DNA of 64,000 nt from Mobula hypostoma. Its lineage: Eukaryota. The DNA lies in contig NC_086097.1 of the NCBI RefSeq assembly GCF_963921235.1, positions 163,868,001 through 163,932,000 on the forward strand. The letters run 5' to 3'. The stretch's first letter is position 1. Each line of letters begins with the position of its first letter. The notes beneath the pieces are model-generated. The model was not told the origin of the DNA. It did not search any database and saw only the letters and a program-made list of their open reading frames with translations. Positions 25,668-39,380 of this stretch are shown piece by piece. The translations under genes were made by a program, and so were the position numbers.

Positions 25668-26761
25668 GCAACACACACCAAATGCTGGAGGAACACAGCA
25701 GGCCAGGTAGCGTCTATGGAAAAGAGTACAGTCAACATTTTGAGCTGAAATCCTCCATCAGGACTGGAAAAAGGAAGATGAGGAGTGAGGAATAGAAGGT
25801 GAGGGGAGGGGAGGAAGAAACACAAGGAGATAGGTGGAACCAGGAGGGGTGAAGTAAAGAGCTGAGAAGTTGATAGGTGAAAGAGACAAAGGGCTGGAGA
25901 AGGTGGAATCTGATAGGACAGGACAGGCCATGGAAAAACTAAAAGGGGGAGGAGCACCAGTGGGAGGTGATGGGTAGGTAAGGAGATGAAGCGACAGAGG
26001 GAAATGGGAATGGGGAATATTGAAGAAGAGGGGGAGTGCATTACCAGAAGTTTGAGAAATCGATGTTCATGCCATCAGATTGGAGGCTACCCAGTCGAAA
26101 TATAAGATGTTGTTTCTCCAACCTGAGTGTGGCCTCATCGCAACAGTAGAGAAAGCTGTGGATTGATATGTTGGAATGGAGTTGGAAGGTGAATTAAAAT
26201 AGGTGACCACTGGGCGATCCCATTTTTTCTGGCGGACGGAGTGTAGGTGCTTGGTGAAATGGTCTTCCAATCTATGTCAGGTCTCACTGATATACAGGAG
26301 GCTACACTGGGAGCACCGGATACAGTAGATCACCCCAAAAGACTCACAGATGAAGTGTCGCCTCACCTGGAAGGACTGTTTAGGGCCCTGAATGGTGGTG
26401 AGAGAGGAGGTGTAGGTGCAGGTGTGGCACTTGTTCTGCTTGCAAGGATAAGTGCCAGGAGGGAGATCACTGGGGAGGGACGAATGGATAAGAGAGTCAC
26501 GCAGGGAGTGATCCCTGTGGAAAGGAGAAAGTGGGCTGGAGGGAAAAATGTGCTTGGTGGTGGGATCCCGTCAAAGATGGCAGAAGTTGCGGAGAATTAT
26601 GTGCTGGACACAGAGGCTATTGGGGTGGTAGGTGAGGACAAGAGGAACCCTAACCCTGGTAGGGTGGCAGGAGGATGTGGTGAGGGCCCACTTGTGTGAA
26701 ATGGAAGAGGTGAGATTGAGGGCAGCGGTGAAGGCCAGCATCTGCAGATTTTTTTCTTGTT
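25668..26761 (-). mobile_element. 5'-truncated Penelope-like element with GIY-YIG endonuclease remnant
   Basis: Minus strand near 26380-26240 reads QSFQVRRHFICESFGVIYCIRCSQCSLLYISET*HRLEDHFTKHL; pLTR with degenerate hammerhead near 25730-25766; perfect 14-bp TSD TCTAATAAGGCCAA at 25654-25667 and 26762-26775. Confidence 0.88.
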
Positions 26762-27511
26762 TCTAATAAGGCCAATCAGTTTGAAATATTTTGTGCAGTT
26801 TCTTCCCACATTCTCTGAAGAACTTTCTTCTCATTCCTCCCTCTACTACCAGTACCTGATTCTTCCATCATTCTTTTCCTGAATCATTTATTCTTTTTTT
26901 GCCAAATTATTGGCCTCATGACCTGACCTTGCACAGTGAGCCACTCTCTGCTGAAGAAGTTCCCTGTCTCTATCAGCTTTTCCCTGACTAAGCCCTTGGA
27001 TCTGGAGATGAAATTGTCTGAAAGGATCATCGTAAATCATGAATAGGATGTAAATATTGCCCATATTGCTGTTTTATCAGGTGTTCATAACAAAAAAAAA
27101 GTGATCAACTTGTTCTAATGCAAGTAAGAGCTAAAGGAAGAAGACAAAGAACAAGAAAATCATGGTCACCTTAAACTGAAAACTGACTCAAACTAGATCG
27201 ATAAGGAACTCCTTAACAGGAGCAGACTATGAAAAAGTAATTCCTGGTATGACAGAGGCTGCAGACAACGAAGCTACTGAAGTACAGAACCATCTATACT
27301 ACAAATTCCTAAGTGTCCCACTAAACACTTACAGACAAACCAGTGATTATACAAACATATAAACAAGCATAGAGGAAGTTAAACTACAATAAAAATGACA
27401 ATTTAGATCCTAAATCGAAAGAACTGGTGAGGAAAATTGTTCCAGTTGGTACATTTGGTGAAGTTGAAGAGACATTTAGATAGCCATGTAGCATGGGAAC
27501 AGATCCTTTGG

Positions 27512-27705
27512 ACAAAACAGACAAAATGCTGGGGGAACTCAGCAGGTCGGGCAGCATCTATGGAAAGGTATAATAAACACTTGATGTTTCAGGCTGAGAC
27601 ACTTCGGCAGGTCTGGAATGGAAGGGGGAAGAAGCTAGAGTAAGAAAATGGAGGGAAGGCAAGCAGTGCAAGCTGCCAAGTGATAGGTGAAACCAGGTAC
27701 AGGTG
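27512..27705 (-). mobile_element. Penelope-like pLTR fragment (degenerate)
   Basis: AAATGCTGGGGGAACTCAGCAGGTCGGGCAGCATCTATGG...GATGTTTCAGGCTGAGACACTTC resembles the other copies. Confidence 0.7.
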
Positions 27706-29951
27706 AAATGCAAATCCTTTGGACCACCAGGTCTGTCTGACAAATCAAGCACCATCAACATTAACCTTACATAAATGCCATTATATTCTTCCCATATTCC
27801 CACCAACTACCCCCAGATTCTCCCTATTACTGACACACGAGGTTCTGTCCTTTTGACAGAAAGAGGGTGCTACTTTGGTGTGGAATGCTGAAGAAAGTGT
27901 GTTTGGTGAAGGTGGCATATTCCCTTGAAGGTGTACAGTTCTATCAATAATTATAATCATTCTGTACCAGGCACAATGCATATCTCACACTATTTCTTAC
28001 ATTCTGACAGCTGGCCCCATCTGTATTCAATGCTACATATGCATTCAATTGTCATATTTTCCAGTGCAACAGTTGGAAGATGTACTATAATGATGGAGAG
28101 CAGTTTCAGCTTCACAGAGAAGGCTGTTAACTTAATAAATGGGTGAAGGCTGCTCACAAACATCTTCCCTTTAAATATTATAGTATTTGTGGATACAAAT
28201 GGGATTTCGTGCAGAAAACAAATGCTTTGCATGAAATACTACATGAGCTACGCGAACATCTCCATGGAAAGGTAAATCAATTCACTTTTAATCAGTAATA
28301 ATTGCCTTTCTTTGAAACTGCAGCACAGATCTTTCCAAATGCAGACATTGTATGTGTAAGATCAATACACTGATGCCAGGCATTTAACAAAAGGTTATCT
28401 CTCAAAGGAGCAGTGGGGGAGAAATTTGTCTTGGGTGCAGTCAATAGTAATATTTCAGCTTCTGCTTATAATGGATAGTCAGTCCTACATTGCAAGATGG
28501 GCCTAGAACAATTTTTACATCTGTACCTTTCTGAGTGGTATATTGCTTTCACTTAATCATTGGAACTTAAATTTCACAATCACCTTTTATAAGCAGCTGA
28601 AGCAATTGCAATGTATTTGACAACTGGTGCCTGGCATCCACTGGCCGACCCATTCATAACTGTATATTAATACTATCTCAGCTGAGGGATGACTGTGTGG
28701 CTGTGGGATGGATCTCACTGAGGGCAGTCTCGTGAACCTAAATGGAGTCATACATTCTGTACTTCTGTCTGGTGCTCTGTAGCGCCATTCCTGGAGGGCA
28801 CATACTACTTACATGCTATTTAAAGCTTTTTGAGAGCTGTGACTAGAGTTTCTCCTGCAGCCCCTTTCCCTTGGATGGGCTTGACAACAATACTTACAAG
28901 GGCAAGATTAGCTAATTTTACTCTGACTAATTATTTATATAAATATCGGTAGATATTGTTAAAGGCTGTCAGGGCTATGCTGGGGCAGGTTCTCAGAATG
29001 CAAAATCTGTGGATCCCTTTGCCTCCACTGATGCTGTTTGACCCACTAATTTCCTCCCAGCAGTTTGGCTTTTGGTCTAGGTTCAAGCATCTGCATTCTC
29101 TTGTGTCTCTGTCTAGAGATGTCTAGTCACTGCTTGCAAACTGCTCTGCTAGCAGGAAGCCATGATATTGAGTGCACTGATCAATGGGAAGTAAGCTATT
29201 ACAAAAGGCTAGCAAGGTAGGGAATAGGTGTGAACCGTGGATCAGATTACACATCATCCAACCCAACATCTAGCAATATAAGAACTCACCCTTCACCTTA
29301 CAAAGGAGTACAATTCTGATCCAGCACACTGTGCACTCTGCCCATTTGTATCTGAAAATGGCAGTTGGCATCATATGATCGGCAAGCATTATGTGAATGT
29401 GTGTAGATTTCTGCTAGTGTAAAGCTAGCAATCTACGCTTCCTAGATCTTAATGTGTGTGATGTCCCAGTGTTCAGGTAATAATCTGGGGTATGGATGAT
29501 TCAGGCTGTTTCCAATAGCAACAGATTCAAAAGGGGAAAACATCAATATTAGTTTCATTCATCAACCCCCAGCATTATCGAGAACACTCATGGCCCTTCA
29601 TCCATTATTTACAACTAGGTGTGTCAGAGCTGTGATCTCATCCAATAAATGCAGGACTGGTAACCACTGTTTGCCTGCTCTTTTTGCTGTTTGCCATGCA
29701 AAGTACACCCAGTGCTCCTTCTCCATTTCTCCATTTAACCTGCATCAGTGGAGGCAAAGAAATTCCTCATCCAACCAGCCCTAATTTGCAAAGTGTGACC
29801 GATATCCTGAACCATTGTTGGCAAGCCGCAAAGGTCCACAGCACATCATAGATGCTCAGTTTAACTGGCAGATCTATCTCAGACAGCCTAATTCTGGTGT
29901 TACACAACTTGATGGACTATGCACTCACTGTGAAGAGAGGACTTTGCCTTA

Positions 29952-30240
29952 AAGGTTCAAAGGTCGAATTTAATATCAGAGAAATGTATACAATATACAT
30001 CCTGAAATGTTTTTCTTTGCAACCATCCGCTAAAACAGAGGAGTGCCCCAAGAATGAACGACAATTAAACGTTAGAACCCCTAAGTCCCCCCAGCTTCCC
30101 CCTCCCGCATGTAAGCAGCAGCAAGCAACGGTCCCCCTCCCCCCACCGACAAATAAAGTGCACCCGCTACCAGCATTCAAGCGTGAGCAAAGCAATAGCA
30201 AAGACACAGTCTTGCAGTTACCCCAAAGATTACATTGTTC
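29952..30240 (-). mobile_element. Non-LTR element 3' end with tandem tail
   Basis: AAAGGTTCAAAGGTC tail and TTTAAT (ATTAAA on the minus strand); same style as other Rex-type tails. Confidence 0.5.
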
Positions 30241-30299
30241 ACCCACAAGGACTGTGCAGTGATCATATCTACCAATCATATTTTAGATGGATTCATCTG

Positions 30300-30775
30300 C
30301 CACAGACAGACTGGTGAAGAGGAGCTCAAGTAAAGTCTCTTTCCTGTTGTTTCACTCGCTATTAGTCACAGACCAAACTGAGAGCTATTTTGTTCAGCAT
30401 CTGGTGAGCTAATTCAATGGTGGTACTACTGATCAACTCTTGGCATTGGGTTTTGGAAGTACCCCCTCCCCTTATATTCTGTGCCACCAACTGAATCATC
30501 AGCTGATGGCAGATGGGTAGTTGGAGGCCATTCCCTTGTCCACACTTAATACCATGAAAATCCATGTGCTCTGAAGTCAGTGTTGAGGGCTTCTCCTTTC
30601 TGCTTGTGTATGGGCTGCCCAGGGCGTTTTCCTTCTGCTTGTGTATGACTGTACCACCATCTCTGATGGATCTGTCTCTGCTGTAGGGCATGGCATAACT
30701 AAGGATTGTGATGGAAAAGTCTGGCATATTGTCTGAGTATGATTCCATGAGTACAACTTTGATGATACTCATGTT
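30300..30775 (-). mobile_element. Old LINE APE-endonuclease remnant
   Basis: VVLMESYSDNMPDFSITILSY...RDRSIRDGGTVIH resembles the LINE APE motif (E..L...I.GY...R.DR...GGGV). Confidence 0.55.
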
Positions 30776-31600
30776 ACATAGAACATTTGCCAGAACATAG
30801 CACAGGCCCATGATGTTGTCCCGAACTAATTAAACCAATAGCTCTTAATTAATCTAATCCTTCTTCCCTGCACATCGACCATATTCGTCCCTTCTCTGCA
30901 TAATCAAGAGTCTCTTAAACTTGCTTGACTAATCTATGGAAAGCTGTACAGGCTTAGATACCTCAGATGTTTGTGATGGGTCAGCCAGGCTGAGTATAAC
31001 CTTGTAGCAACTGAACTCAGTGCCTTGGTTGATGTTGGAGAGTCTGTTCGGTACAGGAAAGGTATTTTAAAGTGTCACTACCCAGAGAAGTCTGACCCAA
31101 GTGTGTGTAAACAGTGATGCATTATAATGCAGGAGGCAAAGCATCTTCTACACTTAAGCATACAGAAAGACCTCCCAGCCTTGATTCCCCCCAATGAAGT
31201 GGATAGTGAAGCTGATATGGACAACCTTTGGTGAAGTGAGTTGGGTGTGTCTGTAGAATGGAGGAAATGGCACATGAAATGAAGAGAGCACCACAGGATC
31301 ATGTAGCACAGTTACCAGCCTTATGGCTCAACAGGTCCACGTCGACCAAGATCTCATCTAAGGTAGTCACACGCCATATTCCTCTGAAATAGTCTATCCA
31401 TGAACCTATCCAAGTAACTTTCAAGTGTTAATCTAACTCCCTCAAACATTTCCCTTGGCAGCTCATTCCATATTTTTACCACCTCTGGGTGAAAAAGTTG
31501 ACCCTCATGTTCCTATTACATCTCTCCTCTGACTCTGAACCCATGTCCTCTAGTTCTTGATTTCTCTAACTCTGGGGGAAAAAAGGTAGTATAGCTACAC

Positions 31601-31743
31601 AAACACGAAGAATTCTGCAGATGCTGGAAATTCAAGCAACACACATCAAAGTTGCTGGTGAATGCAGCAGGCCAGGCAGCATCTCTAGGAAGAGTCGACG
31701 TTTCGGGCCGAGACCCTTCGTCAGGACTAAGTGAAGGAAGAGC
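31601..31743 (-). mobile_element. Single-arm Penelope-like pLTR fragment with intact hammerhead (31693-31728)
   Basis: Same family as the 22970 element; 14-bp TSD TAGTATAGCTACAC / TAGTATGCCTACAC (31587-31600, 31744-31757); lies inside a CR1 fragment. Confidence 0.85.
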
Positions 31744-33609
31744 TAGTATGCCTACACCTTATCTACACCCCTCATGATTTTATACACATCTGTAATGTCA
31801 CCCCTCATTCATCTACACTCCTATAAATGAACTCCCTACCTGCTCAACCCCTTTACATAACTCAGTATCTTGGATCCTGGCCACATCTCATAAATTGCCT
31901 CTGCACTCCAGTTTCAGTTTAGGTACTCCAGCTTAATGGGTATCTTTCCTATTGCAGGGTGTTCCTATTCATAGTCTTGGTCATTGTTTGGTGGTCTGTC
32001 CAGTGCAGAAAGGTATATTAAAGTGACACTGCCTGGAAGTATTCCAAATAACCTCACCACTGTCTTGAGCAACAGCAACGTAACATTGGAACTTCTATAT
32101 TCAGTGCCCTAGCTGATGAAAGCCATCATTCCAAAAGCCTTCTTCACCTCCCTGTGATACCACTTTTGTGTACTTGTCCATCATGGAGGAGAGAATATTG
32201 GAGTAAGCAGTAAATCGAGGAGGTAGTTATGAAGCAGAAGGAAGTAAGATCATTATAGGACTGTCATTTGGTAGTAGGTCAGTCAACAAGGGATTGCAGT
32301 GACACAGATTAGATGAATGAAAGGATTGGACTTTATTCAGTGAAAGGAGGTAATCAAAAATTGAAGTTTGAGATTATTGTAAATCTCTGTAATCCTTACA
32401 ATGTGTGCAGTACAGTAAAAGAAAAGCAAGTTTAAATTGCTGGATGCACTGCAATTACATTTGTATTAGGACTATCTTCCAAACAGACACCCTAAACACA
32501 ATGCCTTTTGTTTATACAGCTCATCTAACACAATGGAATGGCACAAGGTCCTTTACAGATGTGTTATCAAACAGTAAATGACACCAAGCCCTTCAAAGTG
32601 TCAAGGAGCAGAAGTTCGATAGGTTTTAAGAATTACTGAGCAAGGAAGAAATAGATACAGGGACTTAGGGAGGAAACGGCAGAGTTTTGTGCCACCACTG
32701 CAAACTACTATTGTGGGGTTTAGCTGAGATGTACCGTAAACAATCCCAGATTGAGTGTTCTGGACAACCACCAAACTAACATTTTATGAGAGCAGCTAGA
32801 CTATGACAGATGATGCTGACTCCAAGCAGCTTTTCATGTTTTATGAACTGCATATGTTTGCTAAATTCAGATCACAGCACAAAGCACGCAGCAATGCATC
32901 AATGTAAATCTACTCAATCATAATGCAGAAGGTGATATGAAAGTATGGGGCTCATTTTTCAAGTCGTTACAGAGGTGACTGCAGTCAACAAAATTGCATA
33001 AAATTAAGAAAGTAGGTGTTCATTTTTAAAGGGAGCAGACAGCTTCAGAAGCTTTGTATCATCTGAGCTTCATAATATTAAGATTGCTTGAAGCGTTTAT
33101 TATGTAGGGTGACGTTAGTTTGGAAACAGTAGCATCATTAATTAGAACCTTATGGATGTATGTTCAAAAGCTGTCTACTTTCAATGTTCTTTTTTTCCTC
33201 AAAATCTTAAATTGATTGTCTTTCAGATGCATTTCAGAGTTCCTTATGCATCAGTCACTTCAAGGAGATGATTGCAGTGCCTTAGGCTTCGTCCTTCTGA
33301 AGAGACCAGTTCCTACTGGGTTTCAATTCAGAGAACATTGTCAGTCCTCTGATATTACATCCAGTCTTCAATGGCACAGACAAGAGGAAGTCACAGTTGA
33401 AATGATCCTCCTTTTCATTAAATACTTGCCCCCACAAGAATTCAAGAAAATAAGAGCAGGAGCAGGTCACTAAGCCCCTCAAACTTTCCCCTCCATTCAA
33501 CACAATCATGGCTGACTAATTCTGGTCTCAATTCTTCTTCTGTGTTGGTTCCTCAAAGGCCTTAATTACTCAGTAAAAAAATTTTTTATCAATCTCCACC
33601 TGTTCTAAA

Positions 33610-33862
33610 CAGGACATCCATTGATAATAAGAATGAGGGAAAATTTCTTTAGCCAGAGGGTGGTGAATCTGGGAAATGCATTGCCACAGACAGCTGTGCA
33701 GGCCAAGTCATTGGGTGTATTTAAAGTAGAGGTTGATAGATTTTTGATTAATCAGGGTGTCACAGGTTACGGGGAGAAGGCAGGAGAATGGGGTTGAGAG
33801 AGATAATAAATCAACCATGCGTGGCCTAATTTTGCTCCTATGTTTTATGGTCTTATATGGTC
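33610..33862 (+). mobile_element. CR1 3' fragment nested in an opposite-strand CR1 remnant
   Basis: TTTCTTTAGCCAGAGGGTGGTGAATCTG...TTGCCACAG and (TATGGTCT)n tail. Confidence 0.75.
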
Positions 33863-34671
33863 TTAAATATTTCTAATGATCTTCAGATAATTCCAGAAAT
33901 TCACTGGCTTCAGAGAGAAGAAATTTCTATGTATCTTAGTTGTAAATGACCGGCACGTTATCTTGTAATTAGGTTTATTTGTTCATTTCTCTAACTCTTC
34001 CAGGACTGATCTCCACCTCTAGAATCATTCACCTTTTTATGTTTGACTAGTTCCAATTTTAACTGCAGGTCAGTCGAAAATGTGCGCTTCAATAAATGAG
34101 GAGACATGGTTATTATACTGTAAATTCCAAAGTACGTTTGTATATTTAAATAGCATGGAGCAACTTTCCATTTGAGTAATCTGCTGGTGGACATTTGTCT
34201 ATGCAGGCAAGCCAAGTGTTGGTGGTGTAGATGGAGACCTGGACCTTAATGGTGGGGAGATAGTGTCCCTAATATTTTGTCAGTCAGAGAACGAGCGAAT
34301 TTGTTGCAAAACGTCAGTTATTCTCCAAGGCCTTGAGGAGCAGTCAGCTCCTGAATGTGTCACTGGGAGCCTATTGGCACATACTGGAGGGAGCTCACTA
34401 ATACTGCCACCAGCTCTTTCGTACAGAGACAAAGGCAGGTAACGGTAAATTCTCCCATTTGGAGACCAACCAATTGCTTGAGATGTGATTCCACAAAAGT
34501 CAACGGGATAAAGCTTTCTGAAAGTCATAGTGTGATAGAGCACAGTAACAGATCCTTCAGCCCACTGAATTTGCAACAATCGTCAACCATTCATTTATAG
34601 AAATCCTGCAGGTGAGTTTGCTGTTTTGATTTACTGTAACTGCAATACTTTCTTGGGGACAGTAGTTTTAT

Positions 34672-34925
34672 GTATTTATTTAGAGATATAGCATGATAAC
34701 ATGTGCTTCTGGCCCAACAAGCCCACTCTGCCCAATTACACCCATGTGAGCAAATAACGTACTAACCGATATATCTTTGGAATGTGGGAAGAAACCGGAG
34801 TACCAGGACGAAACACGTGGGGATCACGGGGAAAATACAAACACCTTACAGATAGCGGCAGAATTGAACTCAGGTCACTGGCGTGATAATAGTATTACAC
34901 CAACTGCTACACAACTGTGTCCGCC
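34672..34925 (-). mobile_element. V-SINE-like element
   Basis: TTTGGAATGTGGGAAGAAACCGGAGTACCAGGACGAAAC is the reverse complement of the V-domain core. Confidence 0.7.
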
Positions 34926-35357
34926 CGGTGGTTCAGAAAACATTTTAAACCTATCCATCAAAAAAATAGCCATTTTCCACCTTATTTTCCCTTTTGAATT
35001 TCCAATAAACGGAACTTTCAAAGCAGTGTGGAGAAGAATCATATGATAGATTGTTTAAGAATGGCAAAACTTTGTAAGGAAGTGTGAGACCCTTAAAGGG
35101 CTGCTGAGAATTAAGCTCTCAACCATCTGAAAAAGCAGCAAATGTATTTCTTACTAATGCCAGAGAGCACTCATGATAAGGCTGTCCTTCAGCATTATGT
35201 AAATGCAGATATGCCATTGTGCTTCCAATGCAGGAAGTCAGTGGATCAATAGAACTAATCCGCAGGCTTTATCTGCATTTCAGGCAGCTCACCTCAGGCT
35301 GGCTCCCAATTTCTACAATAGTTCGGCTTGAACAGTGCAATTTTTGTCACATAAAGA

Positions 35358-35670
35358 ACAGCACAGTGGTGCAGCAGTACAATTTTGCTGTCTCACTGGT
35401 TTGGTGATCCAGCTTTGATCCTAGCCTCTGCTTCTGTCTATATGGAGTTCTCCTTGTGAGCACACTGGTTTCCTCTAAGTGCTTCTGTTTTCTCCCATAT
35501 CTCCAGTACAAAGCTGGTTAGTGGGTTAAATGGCCACTATAAATGATGCTTAGTTTAAGTGAATGGTAGGAGAATTACAGGGGGTTGAAAGGTATAGAAT
35601 ATATCGCAGGGAAATGAGAGAGTGGGATTGCTCCAAGTAATGGCATAGGCTCAATGGGTTTAACAGCCTA
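35358..35670 (+). mobile_element. V-SINE-like element
   Basis: GCACAGTGGTGCAGCAG head; GGTTTCCTCTAAGTGCTTCTGTTTTCTCCCA core. Confidence 0.55.
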
Positions 35671-35807
35671 TGTATAATAAGAAAATATAAGGAAACATTT
35701 TCACCACTTTGTGTCATCCATATTTCAGTGCTAGCATGTTGCCCTTGAATCGGATGCTGGTGGTGTCACATTACATTGTGTAGACCTCACCAATTGACTA
35801 TTAAGAG

Positions 35808-35950
35808 GGGATCCAGTGGAAAGCTGAGGAAGTGCTGCACTGTCAGGGGCACAACATTTAGATGAAACATAAAACTGAAATACTCTCTGCTCACTCAGAT
35901 TGATACAACACACGCCATCTGTGGAGTTACCTGGTGCCCTGGGCAATGTA
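35808..35950 (+). mobile_element. Deu-domain SINE remnant
   Basis: CTGAGGAAGTGCTGCACTGTCAGGGG...AGATGAAACATAAAACTGA...GGAGTTACCTGGTGCCCTGGGCAAT. Confidence 0.55.
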
Positions 35951-37011
35951 AGTCATTCATACACTCACTGGAGATCGTGCCTTTCCTACCAAAAATTCCC
36001 AGTGTACCACTGAGGCACTATAACTTAGATATTAGTAGGATCATGTAAGGTTACTTAGCTTAAGATTCACCAAAACCTTTCTCTCTGGAATAACAATCTG
36101 CTGGAGCTACTCAGAAGGTTGTTAGTTGCGCCAGATTCCAGCATCTGCATTCTCTAGGTCTCAGGTTGTTGAATTGCATTCTGTGTGTTTTTCAGTACCT
36201 ATTTCATGGTCCCATGAATAAATGTGTATACTTTACCACAAAGGCAGATTGCACAGGAATACAATCAAGCTTGGCAACCTTTCAGAGATGGTATGTTGGT
36301 AATACTGTATACCTAAAACCTGGATCAGAATAGATTTGAGAGATGGTACTGAACCCAAACTTGATTACTCTGTATGTAAGTTTTTTCTTGTAGGATGTCC
36401 AAAAAATGCATCTAGGAGAACAATGGCCTAATCCTAACATCCCTTTTGAGGCCCACTGACTTACTGGCTCATCCATGAGAGTGCAGATAGACATTGGCCA
36501 TTATTTACAAAGCAGCATCGGTGAGAGCATTGTGAAACCTCAAGGAAAATTGACCAATGTAAGATCACAGTGTCAGCTACCTTGAAACAAACAGCCTAGC
36601 ATTGTTCAGGTGTATTTTCAACAAAATTGCTTTAGTATTCAGCAATAAAAATTGCATTTGCTTTGATACAAGATAATAGTACACCAATTTTGAAGTAGAC
36701 AGAGTTTCTCGCACAATCCTTTGTGCCAGATTTAAATACATTGTGTTCTCAGCAGACCCAGGCCACGTGAATGGCTGCACCACCAATGCCAATAATTATT
36801 ATTGCACATTTGACTAATTGTGCCTGTTTGCAGGCCAGCGCCATGATATTATTGAGCTTCATGCTATTTTAAAATCCCACATTCTTTTCAGTTGATTTCT
36901 GCACCATGGTCAGAAAATGATCCTGAGATATGTTAGGAATAACTTTCAGTCACTTAAAATATGGCTGTTCATAGGTGGTAGATTGACATTGATATTAAAG
37001 TTTGTTTAAAC

Positions 37012-37248
37012 ATGAGATTCTGCAGATGCTGGAAATCCAGAGCAACACACAGAAAATGCTGGAGGAACCTAGCGAGTCAGGAGCCATCTGTCGAGGTAAT
37101 AAACAAGTTGATATTTTGGGCCAGGACCCTTCGTCAGGACCAATACTGCCTGACTTGCTGAGTTTCAGCTTGAGCGTCAACTGTTTATTCCCCTCCATAG
37201 ATGTAGCCTGATTTGCTGAGTTCCTCCAGCATTTTCTCTGTGTTACTG
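37012..37248. mobile_element. Older-subfamily inverted Penelope-like mini-element
   Basis: Diverged inverted arms; 12/14 TSD AAGTTTGTTTAAAC / AAGTTCTTTTAAAC (36998-37011, 37249-37262). Confidence 0.75.
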
Positions 37249-38497
37249 AAGTTCTTTTAAACCACCTTTGATTGCATTAACCATGCTGCATGAACTACCA
37301 CTCTTAAAAACACTAAGGAATATTTTAAAGCAAAACTGAAGAAAAAAAAATGTACAACTTTAAACATTCCTCAGCTATGTTTGCTGATGCCAGATTTAAA
37401 AATAATAATGAATTGAACCTCAAAGTCATTCAAAGCAGGTGCAGTTAGGGTCCAGATTTGCAGGCTGCATCCAAGGCAGGAGCTTTTGCAGCCCTCTGCT
37501 ATAGCCATTGCAAATTTAAGTATTCCACTGTTGTGCTTCCCCATTATCAGCCTTGCTTGGAAAGGGCAAGTTCACACAGAGCATTCTTATCACATCAATG
37601 ACTAGTTGGATGGGTTGAGGTAGTAGTTCCCAGAGCTGGTCTAACAGCAGCGCCAGTAAAATTCACTCTCAGATGGTGTCTGAGCAATTGTGGAAGCTCC
37701 TGATTTATACTGCAGAATAACCACCTCTGAGCTGGGGCTGCTTCTGGCAATTTAATATAAACGGAACACTGCATTGCCTTTAGTGCCTTCTTGAAATTCA
37801 AATCAAATTTTAATGATGCAGGGAGCAAAGATGAAGGTCAGTGGTGTCATTGTCACCATGGTTAACTCCTGTAATGTGGATGGCCTCTTTGCCTTTGAAG
37901 TGATTCATGCTGAATTGAAATAGTACAATTTTGACTATTTCAGATTGGTTTAAATTAGTTTCCTTTAGGGATCCTAACATTATTAAAAGAAACTTTGCAA
38001 TTACCAGCATCCCTCAAAAATCATTTGGATTCCAAATGCAAAGATGGAATGGATTTTGTGATGAACTCCAATGAACTCATTTCTTTGCTCTTAACAGAGG
38101 TAATCATTGAATGCTGAACCCAGGGTAAAAGAACTTGAAAGGTTAGCTTTACTGAATACATCACTGGAATAATTGTCATGGTCCAGCTGAAGAATTTATA
38201 ATATGCTGCATAAGATTGCAGGCATCATTAAGTCTGAAGCCAGGTTGTCCATTGTTTCCTGCTCAGCTACCAGCCATTATGGTCTTTAAATTTTTCATCT
38301 TTCCAAAGTCTGATCAATGAATTTGTGAATGACAGCAAATAATTGTGGAAATACTCACGTTTAGTGTACAGAGTAAATACATCTTCAAAGGAAGTCATGT
38401 TGTGGGGAAGGGGGACCAGAATTATTAAGTCAACACCCAAAGTAATCAAGAGTGCAAATGAAAATGAGAAGCATAATGGTGGAAAATTGCACTTTCA

Positions 38498-38720
38498 GCA
38501 GATGGTGCTGGAAACACTCAGCAGGTCAGGCAGCATTTGTGCAGAGAGAATCAGGTAGCACTTTGCGTTATTTTCTCTCTTTCCCAGTTCTAGTGAAGGG
38601 AATGATACCTAAAACGTTAACTCTGTTTCTCGTTCCATCAATGTTGCTTGACCTGCTGAGCGTTTCCAGCATTTTCCGTTTTTATTTCGGATTTCTAGCA
38701 TCTACAATATTTTTATTTTC
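38498..38720. mobile_element. Old inverted Penelope-like mini-element
   Basis: TGCTGGAAACACTCAGCAGGTCA ... TGACCTGCTGAGCGTTTCCAGCA inverted pair with a degenerate hammerhead-like centre. Confidence 0.65.
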
Positions 38721-39380
38721 TGTTGAACTCACCGCCACTTCTCTTCTGGGAATGATGTTCTTGAAGAGACTCTGCACCAGTCTCTGACAGGATTTTTCTG
38801 TGAAATTTTTGCCTTGTTCACCCTCAGTGGTTTCTGTTTCTGTACATTTGATAACATGTCTTCCCTTAACCCTGTGACAGCCCTGCCTTCCCTTTATGGA
38901 GATATTCCTTCTAGAATAATGGAGTTGTACAGAACAGAATAAGTCCTTCAACCCATCACGCTCATACCAATTGTTTTCTCCATCTATAGTAAAGCGTTGC
39001 CTATCAAATGCCTGTCAAAATTCCACTTAGAAATAGTGATTGTACCTGCCTGTATCACCTGAGATCCCCTTTAAATCCCTGCCCTCTCACCCTAAGCCTA
39101 TGTCTTCTTGTTTTTTATATCTCTGTCTTGGATAAATATTCTACCTTTCCTACCTGTGGCTCTTATAGTTCAATTTACCTCTGTCAGGTCACCATGCAGC
39201 TTTCTTTGATCCAGAGAAAAAACAAGACTGGCCTACTAAATCTCTCTTTTAAACAAATGTCCTCTAGTCCAAGCAAGGCCCTGGTAAATTTCCTCTGCAC
39301 CCTCTGCTTCTGTATCCTCTGTGATATTTTCATCTTTCCTCTTCCATCTCTCAACTAAAATCCAATTTGCTTTCTCTCTT

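Noticed and set aside
31019..32040. Two similar ~60-bp segments (about 31020-31080 and 31972-32032)
   Set aside because: Most simply two remnants of the same old LINE family next to the APE fragment; too short to support more.
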